The translations under genes were made by a program, and so were the position numbers. The notes beneath the pieces are model-generated. The model was not told the origin of the DNA. It saw only the letters and a list, made by a program, of their open reading frames with translations, and did not search any database. Positions 13,514 to 23,642 of a stretch of DNA of 64,000 nucleotides are shown piece by piece; the stretch's first letter is position 1; each line of letters opens with the position of its first letter. The DNA is from Lepidodermella squamata. Taxonomy: Eukaryota > Animalia > Gastrotricha. Location of the stretch: NCBI GenBank assembly GCA_047495785.1, contig JBLDXI010000031.1, forward strand, positions 1 through 64,000, written 5' to 3'.

Positions 13514-14964
13514 TGTGTAACGCAAAAACAAACTGAGTATATGCTGCTTTGGGTTTTATGGTTAAAATAGAGCTATATCTACTAAAACGAAATTATTTAA
13601 AATGATAAAAAATAAAACTGATTGGTGTGAATGAAATTTGTTAGGTTGATAACGTGACGGCACGCGTTTCGGCTATTCCGTGAAAAACGCAATTGTTGCG
13701 CACCGGGGCCGATCGAGACGCGTGCCACACGCGATTACTTGAAAAAAACACTTAGTAGCACTTGTTTACAAAGTTTTTCCGAAAACAGGACACGAAGAAA
13801 AAATTATTCGAAAAATGAGTAAAAAAATACATGAATAAATTGGTAATTCTTAAAAAGCGGATTTATCGGCAATATATTTTTTCCTAAATTTTTTGAAATT
13901 TTTCCCATTTATATTGATTGGAAAATGTAATAATTCGTATTTACTTTCATAATACATAACGATTTCCGGGTGGCACGCGCCCAAGATGGTAACAGGAAAA
14001 CAACAAGGTAGCATCCGGTGTCTTAGTCTGGTTCATTATCAATTCTAATCAATGTCTCGAGCGGGTCATTATTTTTCACCTCCCTCTTTTTACCCTATCG
14101 TTGGTGGTTGAAATCTTACACGGCAACAATATCCTATTTTATTTTAAAAGAAGCAAGAGCCAAGCCGGCAATATTGGCTTGAGAGGAAAATTTATCGCAT
14201 AAAATATAATCCCGGCTATCAAGAATTAATTACGATAAATTGCTGCGAAAATGTCGACCTCATCGTCAATATTAATTCAGCTTGGATAATATTAAAAATA
14301 TATAAATATTGCTATTTTAGAGATTTTATTTCGAAAATATAACGTGATTCAGCGGGACTCAGCGGGAAGCGGGAGCCCTATAGAGCATTTTTCGAGATAT
14401 TTCCGAAGAATCGGGGGAAAAGCAGTAGCGATAAGGCGAAGCGGCACGATTTTCCGTTAAAAAGCGCGGTTGTGCGAAGTTAATAAGGTTAAACTGGGTC
14501 ATGATTGCGTTTTGTAAAGATGCTGGAAAGTTTTGGAGGTTAAAATGAAAACATTGAAACCAATATGTATTTTTTGCTGTGAAATGAGCAAATTCATATC
14601 ATTGATTTTTTCCAAAACAAAATTCCGCACGCGCTTGCGTAAGGGCAGTTTCCATTCATGATGCAGGTATATATGAAAGGAAAATCAAATTTTGAAAAAA
14701 TCTTGAAAATAGATGGATTGCCAATAGGTCAACCTAAGTCAGCGGATTTTTCAAAGAATACTATTTTTTCAAGGTTCTAATTTGTTTCATTTTGCATAAC
14801 AAGTAGATCTTACTATTCCGCGCATATTGGCTAAACAGTTATATTCCACCTTGATATCGATTCAGGAATCGATTTAAAAAAATCAGCGATTTTTCGATAT
14901 AGCTCTACCAAATTTTATCTAATATGATGGAAGGCGGATGAAATAAAATCTAAGACAATGATTC

Positions 14965-16804
14965 TCAAACAATTACGCTCCGCTTAGGTAAAAAAACCGC
15001 GGCCGGCTGGAACCCTTTCCAACCGCATTGGCGCTTGAACCCTGAACCGATCGCTTGCAATAGAAAAATAGGACCATCCCCCTTGATAAACAAATTTAGT
15101 TTTCCAGCGTTGGTTGTAACATACGATTTTTTGATGTTTTGCTCGGAAGTGAAAGTGAATTTCGCGCTGGTTTGGACAAAATTCAATACAATAGAGAATA
15201 AATCGAAATTTCCGTTTTATATAAATGCGCGCGCGCCTCAAAGCCCATAAGGTGCAAACTGATAATGACGCCAAAATAACAGTCATATGATTATGTAATA
15301 TGTAATCATCAACTATGAAAAATTATAGGTTGATATCAATTATCTGAGTTTATTAGACCTTGAAATCGAAAGCTGAAGTGTATTTGATAATATTACCGGA
15401 CTCCAGCTGAAAATTAGGGGGGAGGGGGGCGAATCGCAAAAATTTAGAGAAACATTTCGGATTATCATTTTAGATTAGCCCGATTTTGCTGGAAATTGTA
15501 TTAAAATTTTGGGAAATCCCTTTGAATAATTCGGCCGGCCGCATGAGGCTTTTAGAACGAGGCTCTCTGCTCGGGGTTTGAGAATCGCTGTGATAAGAAA
15601 ATAATGCCGAAATCAAACAAAAATCGAAAATCTATTTATTGATGGATTCTCAAAATGGGTGGTTAAAATAATTAGACCCGATAATATTCTGCTAAAACCT
15701 TTGGGGAATATTTACGAGAACTAAAAACCCGAAGGTTCAGATTTAGGGGAAATTAGAAGTTGGAACCTTACATTTGAGGCATGCCAAACTAAATGATATT
15801 TTTCAAGTGAAATAACCTAAATTTCGATGAAATTCGGTAACTCTGTACAGCTACTAATTTTCGGTGGTCACTGCCTACAAATAAGAACCTATCAATGCAG
15901 TAATAAATACCCGAAATTACCCGAAATAAATTGCCGAGATTTCTCTACCGAAAGGTGTTGTGGAAGAACTGAAGAAGATTTTTATGGAATAAAATACAAA
16001 TTGAAACGAAAACTTCGATCGGGCACGTGTATGTTTTCGCAAAAAAGTGAAACCGAGCCAATGAAAAAATCAATCGTTTTATTCATTATTTTATTCACGT
16101 TGATCGCGTGCTTCAAAACAACAATACAGTAAAAACGGCCATTTTTTAGCGCGCTTTTTCTTGTTATTATCGCGCATCCTGTTACACGCGCACGTAATTT
16201 GTTTGTGTGATATTTTTGATTTCGACTTGTTTTCATTACAGCTGCTGCTAGTAACCGAATTCGAACCAATTTGATGCTGGCAGCAATCTTCATCGGGCAG
16301 CGTTTCGTAAATTCCCGAATTCTCCACCGCGATTTGATCTCGAACAATTTGAAGCGTTCGCTTATCAGGTAGAATATCGAATAGCAGCGCTGGTTTGTGT
16401 AACGATAAATGAGCTGGCGGTAGTTCGATCGCGTAAATTTGCCCGGTTTTCATCGACGGCTTCAGCCCGAAATTGCCCGGCGATCGGTTTTCAACCTGTT
16501 TCGGCCGGAAAAATCCCATCGCCTGGTTGTTAAGGTAGTTTGCCATTGCGAAGTCAGCGTAAGACGGCCGGAAAGCTAAAGCTGGGCCGAATTGCGGCTG
16601 AACTGGGGTAATTAAAAACGGCTGCCGGTGATGATGATTTGACGCTGATTTTTTGCGAAATCGCCGCGGAACCGGCGCGGATTTGTTCGATGATGAATTG
16701 CACGAGCTACAGCACGAACACGACGATGTTGTAGTAGCGGTGTAATAGGCGTTAGGGTGCCTAGTTAACGGGTTGAAAAACCGGTCCGTATCTGCTGACG
16801 GCAT
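14965..16804 (-). CDS. Unknown two-exon protein; the C-terminal part may be a divergent alpha-crystallin/HSP20-like beta-sandwich
   Basis: The 237-aa ORF 16091-16804 can splice (GT after ...WPFL at ~16130 to CCAG at ~15168) in frame into ORF 14965-15186 (LAKFTFTSEQNIKKSYVTTNAGKLNLFIKG). The fold assignment is only a pattern impression. Confidence 0.5.
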
Positions 16805-19483
16805 ATTTTTCGAAACAGGTGTTATTATTGTTGCGATATATCACAACGCGAGTGATTTTGTATATTGGCTAGCATATAGGCCGTGCCTCTCGCGCTGTGT
16901 CAAAAACAAGCAGTTGAATAAACAAGAAAATTGATGACACCAATAATGTACTATTATTATTATTATCTACTCCTTCGCGCTCATCAACACGCATATTTGA
17001 CCGGAAAATACACACGTACAGGGTGGACACAACGCTCATCGCGAAAACCAGTTTGTTCTGAACGGATATTTTCGATAGCCGTATAATGTAATGAAAAATA
17101 TCATATAAAAGGCAAATGCGTAAGCTCTACTGTTAGATCCGCCGCAATTATTGGACCGTTCGAGTGGAATTCCGCTTTCTACAGCCGCTTAAAAACAATT
17201 GCGAGCAGTGCTGATAAAAAATTATTTTCTGACTTTAAATTCGCTTTTTTATGCAGAGTGGCCAATGTGAATTGTGGAATTTTATCATCGCCATCAGCTA
17301 ATGAGACTTGCCGGCTCATTATTCCTCGTCATTGAGTTTAACAACTTTTCTTTTCACTGAAATGAGATCTTCCGAACGAATTAAACATCGATACGTACAA
17401 CAAATTTTTCCGTAATTCGCTATATTTTTTATTACGTACTACCCGGACGCTGATGAGTTGTTTACCGGTAATTTCGTTGCAAAAACACGTTTATTCAGGC
17501 ACGCGCTGCCGAAATCACGTGCGAAATCACTTGCGAGTCCGAAAAACACTGGAATGAACTAAATAATTTTTGCCGCGAGAAATGACGCAAGTCGGTCTAT
17601 AATGTACGATTAACTGTCACGCGGTCTCATCTCGGATCTCGGACAGAAAAAAAAGTGTTATTTGGGCTTTCGTTTTTTATTATGAATGAGTTTTAAAATG
17701 ACCTCGTGGACATGTGAATGGCCGCGTAAGGGAAAGGGGGTTTTGATAGCGTGAGATTTTGATGCCACTCTCAGGATCACTGAAAGAGGAGTCGAACGAT
17801 ATCAAAAAATACGCTGATAGTCAACAGAGCCGCTGCAAAGAAAATGGGCTTCAAAGTTTAAAAAAAGTTGATGGAATCAAAAGCTAGGGTTTCTACAACA
17901 ACCGGAATCGATAAGCCTTTTGGGCAACACGTTGGGCTTTGCCGTATGTTAAGAAGGATGGGAGCTGCCTAGAGGTCTGAAATTCCAAATCCTCAAGAAA
18001 GCCTGAGTGGGAACCATAGAAAACGAAGTGGGAAATATTGGAAAAGACCCTCTACAGTCAACACCCTTTTTCCATTTTGCTAGAATATACGGAAAATTTC
18101 GCCAGTCCCCACTTTTCACTGTCAAATTCAAAACGAACTTTAAACTAAAATACAACCCTTGAAAAAGCGCGCCTTCGCAAGTTGAGAGAATTAGTTGGAC
18201 ATTTTCGGATTTAGAGAAGATCTGAGAAAAATTTGACTAAGCCACATGTTTCATCTCGGATTTCTTGATGGAAAACTGTTCTTTGGAATGTATGTAACAG
18301 GTCCATAGGATATTCCTTTTATAATTCTTCAGGAATATGTTCAAAGCTTTCTCTAATAAAATAAACATACATATTTCCCGCGGGCCAAGCCTCTAGAACC
18401 TACTCAGTAAAACCTGAAGTTGATAACAGAATTCCAACGGAATGTGTGTTGAAAGTGCAGTTATTTTTTCCTATTCACTGGAAATCGCATATAAAATCCC
18501 TTAGCGAACGTGGAACTTGTGACTATGTTCTGCCGGAAACCTTTTGCATGCATCAATTCAGCGGCTCAAGAAACAATTTTAAAGTTGTGAAACGTCACCA
18601 TATTTAGGCGTCCAAGTTTTAGAAAGCGACGTGCCCGAACCCCCAAACACTCCATACACGATATACCAGTTGCTCTATGATGATCAGACCTGGTCGCGGC
18701 GAAACAAATCAGTTCAACCATCGGATCTGGACGAATCCACAAATATCAAAGGACTCCTCAGTCGGTTGAAACCTGAGCGGATGGTGGCATTTTGAAAATT
18801 TAAAACGTCGAAAATTTTGTGAGAACTTTCTGATCTTACTGAGCTTACTTGATAGTAGCAGACCAGCACAGAGCCAAACCGCGCAGCTGCACTAAGGTAA
18901 GCCTGCGGAAAGTAAAACCTCTCGAACAAAATCGAAAATTGAAAAAATCGAGAGTTGAAAAACCTGCGGCGGGTATTAAATAATTCAATAGGTAGAAAAT
19001 GTTCATTATATTTTATAATTAAGTTCTTATAATAAAAATAACCCAAATTGTAAAAAACCTTTAGAATTTAGATCCGCGATTCGAAGATGAGGCGCGAGAA
19101 AAAATACGACCACGTTCCCTTCCGCGATGGAACCGGCAGCTGACCGGCTCTGGACCTAACGCGAAGCCTAGTGTCATCTGAATTGATGACGCCGGGTGCC
19201 TGCTTGTCTCTTCTTGTACCTCGTACAGTTGCTTACTGCTTACTGCTGAAGTTGCCTCGCAAAACGGTACAGGTCGGGGGAAGAGGAGCATCATATTTCG
19301 AAATCCCTATTGCCTGCGATTCCACTTCTGCCTCCGCGTTGGCGCGGTATGCATTAGTTTTGCAACTTCGATAAAATCTCGGCCGTGTAAAACATGTGGC
19401 CTAATCGCGTGGAGTAGTACTTCTCAAAACTCTGGTGTTATCAAGCGATAATCCTCTTTTTGCTAGGGAATTAACCGTAAAGT

Positions 19484-21732
19484 ATGCAAGCAAAAACATC
19501 TCAAGTTGCCTTTGGAAAGGCTGAACAGTTTGAACAAATCAGAAAGGACTGCTTACGCCGACGGCAGAAGTTTGAAGATCCAGGTGAGTAATTTCGTTTT
19601 GAGCTTTTCCATCTTTATACCTTACACCACATTATTTCAACAGAATTCCCTGCTTCCGATCAGTCTATTTATTACAGCAGCCAGCCAAGTCAGAAGTTTG
19701 AATGGCTTCGCCCAGATGTAAGATTCGTTTCATTTTGTTGATGATATCTTGAAAGTTATTTTTCATTTAGCAAATATGCTTCAAGTATCAACTTAAGCCG
19801 GAGTTGATAAGAATGGGCAGCCCAACAATGCGCTTCGATGTAGTCCAAGGCGATTACGGTGATTGCTGGCTGGTTTCCGCTTTTGCTGGCATGTCAGAGA
19901 ATGAAGAGCTATTGTTTCGCGTCGTTCCTCGGGGTCAAAGCTTCAGCGAAGACTGGTATACTGGCATGTTTCGCTTCCGCTTCTGGCGATTCTCGCAGTG
20001 GGAAGATGTGATCATCGACGACCGTTTACCCACCATTAATGGCCAATTGGTTTTTGTTCACTCGCAATCCATTGCTGAGTTTTGGCCTGCTTTAGTCGAA
20101 AAAGCCCTGGCAAAGCTGTATGGCTCGTATGAGGCGATGAAGAGTGCTTTGTTGGGTGATATCCTTACCGATCTGACTGGCGGATTAGCCGAGTCTTATC
20201 TGCTCCACGGCTCTGGCGCTAACCTGCCGAAAAATATTATCAACGTCATGTTCAAAGCACTCGAGCGCGAGTCAATTATTTCCTGCAGCATTCAATCTGG
20301 CAATCGCAATGCCGGAGCGTCGTTCCAACCAGGGCAGCGTCTCCCTAACGGTCTGATATTAGGTCATACTTACTGCGTGACCGACCTGCGAGAAATTCGA
20401 CTTATCACTCAAACTGGCGAGATTCCATTTGTTTTAGTCCGTCTGCGCAACCCGTGGGGGTCCCGGGTTGACTGGAATGGCGCATGGTCTGAGCGCAGTG
20501 AAGAATGGCAGTCGATTCCCGATGAAGACCGCCGAGAAATGGGTCTTGTTGTTCGAGGAGAAGCCGAGTTCTGGATGGAATTCCACGACTTCCTTGCTAA
20601 TTTTGATACGCTAGACCTGTGTAATCTAGCACCTGATGCTCCCGTCCGAACACCAAGGCGCTGGTCTGGTCGATTGTTCAACGGCCGTTGGATCCGTGGG
20701 GCTAACGCTGGTGGTCGGCCAGAATGCCGCGAAACTCACTGGACCAACCCTCAAGTCCGTCTTTGGTTACGAGAGCTGGATGATGACGAAGAAGGGCTGT
20801 GCTCTTTAATCGTCGAATTGGTGCAGCGAGACGAACGTGGCGTCAAGTATCGCGCCCCAAATCACGCCCATATCGGCTTTGCAATCTACCAACTACCCCC
20901 TGGGGGTGAACCGCCAGTCAACGACGAGGGCACAGCGATTGTTCAAGAGCCGCAAAATCGGGCGTTTTTCGACACGCATCAAATAATTGTCCACTCTGGT
21001 TGTTTCGCGAATAGCCGACAGGTCACTCGACGTTTCCTACTCGCCCCGGGAGATTACCTGCTGGTTCTAGCGACCTACGAGCCTAACATACCTGCTTCCT
21101 TCACTGTGCGTTGTTTCTTTGAGAAACCTGGCAATACGGCTCAGTTGCTGGACAACGACGCCGAATTAGTCAACCCGCAAGCTTCACTACTCGGCCCGCC
21201 ACTGACCCTGAGTGAATCACTGGCCCCGGAGGCCCATGAACGATTAAGGTGGTTGTTCTACGAAAGCGCTGGCGAGGAGATGAAAGTTCAGGTTTCGAAT
21301 CTACCCCAAATTTTGGCAGCTGCTTTCAATAACGAGTTCGAAATAAGTCAAACGACAGCCCGAGCTTTGTCTCTACTTGTCGACTCCGACCGAACTGGCT
21401 TTGTCGACTACAACGGATTCGCAGCTCTGTTCCGCCTGGTTGGCCAGTGGCGTCGTTCCTGGTTTGAAAATCGAACTAACGACCGGGCTGCAACGTTGGA
21501 AGCGCATCAATTAGGCCCGGCTTTATTAGCAATCGGGTTCAAGTTACCTTCCAGAGCTGTAGCTGCGATTTTACTGCTTCACGGTGATCAAAAAATGGGT
21601 CTGAGCCTTGATTCTTTCCTCACCACGGCCGCCCGCCTCCACCAGGCCGGGTCTACATTCAAGAAACTGCAACACAACGGTCGTTTAGTTCTCAGTCTCG
21701 ATCAGTGGCTTGAAGAAGCTATGGTCGCTTAA
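19484..21732 (+). CDS. Classical calpain (CysPc-C2L-PEF)
   Basis: Exons 19484-19583, 19644-19717 and 19771-21732 give FEDPEFPA...WLRP. Catalytic motifs QGDYGDCW, GHTY and LRNPWG, then AGG...NPQ (C2L) and an EF-hand-like DSDRTGFVDYNGF. Confidence 0.95.
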
Positions 21733-22109
21733 TTTGTTATTTTATAAGGTGGCAGTTCTGAGGTTGTGCTATTATAAAACAAACCCGCTTGCACGCGAAC
21801 AATTATTATTACTGGCATTCCGGTTTATGAAACTGTTTCTCGGCTATTATCTGTTTGGTACAACCAATTATTCGGTGTGGCATCTAATGCCACATATTTC
21901 CAGTTTTTTCCATCGCTACTCTGAAGCAACGCATTTTTATTGTTTATTATTATCGCTCTCAACTCCTTTTAGCAGCGCATTTTTCTTACTGCCGAATAAA
22001 TTAACTCGCTAATTTTGTTTTATTTCTTTTAGATTTTATTTGAATTTTCACGGGAACGAATTAGCTGAAATAACATTATGGTGAGTTATATTATCAATTA
22101 TTTCTGGAA

Positions 22110-22243
22110 AAATCGCATTTTTATTTAATTTTAATTGAATTTTCCACTTCGAAAGTTTGATTTTTTTAAATGCGATCAAATTCTTAGCAGACTATTTACA
22201 GTTTTCATTGAGCTCCGGCTGATTGAAAATTGTTGCAACAACT
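22110..22243 (+). ncRNA. Possible divergent H/ACA snoRNA in intron 1
   Basis: Hairpin ATCGCATTT...AAATGCGAT, H box AGACTA, second hairpin ACAGTTTTCA...TGAAAATTGT, ACA at 22238. It lacks the shared guide of the other copies. Confidence 0.45.
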
Positions 22244-22344
22244 GCGTAAAATTTCCTTTATTTTCCAGAATGTTCCGAACAATTGTGATGCTGCTCCATT
22301 CTGTTGATCGAGGTGAGTGTTCAATTACTATCAGTCTTCGAAAG

Positions 22345-22483
22345 GGCACCCTATTAGTAGTTGACGCCGTCTGAAGAGTTCTTCTTTGGATCAGGCGTTG
22401 ATTCTCCCGCCAGGTGCGAGATCTATCGAATTTTCTGTTGAATGCATTTTTCGCTTGAAACGCGATCAATGTTTCAGACAATT
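22345..22483 (+). ncRNA. H/ACA snoRNA copy 1 (5' pocket predicted for 28S helix 69)
   Basis: GCACC...GGTGC stem with pocket strands TAGTAGT and CTCCCGCC, imperfect H box AGATCTA, second hairpin, ACA at 22478. Confidence 0.75.
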
Positions 22484-22609
22484 TCATACAATTTATGTTT
22501 TCTATTCCAGAGAATCAACAACAACTTTGGATAAAGTAGCCGCGAAGGTCGATTGATATACTTTCGATCGATAAACAAGGTGAGTGACTAAATTTGATTG
22601 AATTTTTCG

Positions 22610-22746
22610 GGCACCCTATTAGTAGTTGTTTGTGCTTAATTCCACATTCAATTCTCCCGCCAGGTGCGAGACTAAAATTCGATTTCGGGACTAGTTACTC
22701 GAATTAACGCTCCTCAATTCGAAATTTGTCTTGATTTTGAACATTT
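22610..22746 (+). ncRNA. H/ACA snoRNA copy 2
   Basis: Same 5' hairpin, H box AGACTA, second hairpin, ACA at 22741. Confidence 0.8.
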
Positions 22747-22834
22747 TTCATTTCAGATTCTTCTCGATCGAATGGAGCTAATGACTTCGAATGACTTTGA
22801 GGTTAGAATATTAAATATTTTTATTGGCATGAAG

Positions 22835-22976
22835 AGCACCCTGCTATTAGTAGTTGCCGCTTAGTCTCTTGTAGGCGTAGCGTCAATTCTCCCGCCAGGT
22901 GCGATACCAAAATTGTGTCAAGGCGTTTTTTCGATAGAATTCAATTCAATCGGAAGGTTATATGACTCGGACATTA
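22835..22976 (+). ncRNA. H/ACA snoRNA copy 3 (pockets for 28S H69 and 28S UAUGAC-U-GAACGCCU)
   Basis: H box ATACCA. The 3' pocket is AGGCGTT / GTTATA, with 14 nt from the pocket to ACA at 22971. Confidence 0.85.
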
Positions 22977-23077
22977 ATTTTCTTATTTTCCAGGTGCGCT
23001 TTGGCTCCGAGAAAAATCCGGCGATCTGGCTGAATTAAGCGATTTGTAAGTTATTAATACTATTTTATTCCAAGTCT

Positions 23078-23193
23078 GGCACCCTATTAGTAGTTGCTTG
23101 TGTAATCCCCACATGCGAGATTCAAACTGATTTCGAGATTTTTTCTCAAAATTATTCCCCATAATTTTTGGATCTTCTCGATTTTGAACAACC
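23078..23193 (+). ncRNA. H/ACA snoRNA copy 4 (degenerate 5' hairpin)
   Basis: Keeps GCACCCTATTAGTAGTTG but CTCCCGCC has decayed to ATCCCCAC; ACA at 23188. Confidence 0.6.
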
Positions 23194-23303
23194 AATTTTT
23201 TATTTCAGTTTTCGATAGCGGCATTTTTCGCGATAATTGTATCGGCAGTTCTTCACAATCAAAGGTAAATTTAGTTTTCATTTACCACTAGTAGTAGTTT
23301 TAG

Positions 23304-23446
23304 AGCACCCTATTAGTAGTTGCCGCTTGCTTTTTCTCGGAAAAGCGTAGCGTCATCTCTCCCGCCAGGTGCGATAAAGACATCGCTTCAAGGCGTTTTT
23401 TCGATAGATTTTCATTCAATCGAAAGGTTATATGACGCGGATATTA
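23304..23446 (+). ncRNA. H/ACA snoRNA copy 5 (close paralog of copy 3)
   Basis: Same two pockets as copy 3, imperfect H box, ATA variant of the ACA box at 23441. Confidence 0.78.
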
Positions 23447-23642
23447 ATGTCAATTTCTCCCATTTCAGCTAATTGGCCTCCAGACCTGTCAAATATGGTG
23501 CTAAAATTCTGACTTGATTTCCTGTGATATTTTATTATGGTGGATTCTTTTCAATAAAACTGATCACTTCATTTTGATTTGCGTTTATTTTGTTTTATTC
23601 ATAATTTTTGCTCTTAAATTAGACGACTTTTGAAGGTGAAAA

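Larger units (their letters stand above)
22033..23575 (+). ncRNA. Non-coding snoRNA host gene (7 small exons, 6 introns)
   Basis: Canonical introns at 22081-22268, 22313-22510, 22580-22756, 22802-22993, 23046-23208 and 23265-23468. The ATGs I traced through the spliced exons give only short ORFs. AATAAA at 23553. Confidence 0.8.

Noticed and set aside
22345-23446. CRISPR-like repeat/spacer array
   Set aside because: The context is eukaryotic, there is one unit per spliceosomal intron, the motif is bipartite with H/ACA features and rRNA complementarity, and there are no cas genes.
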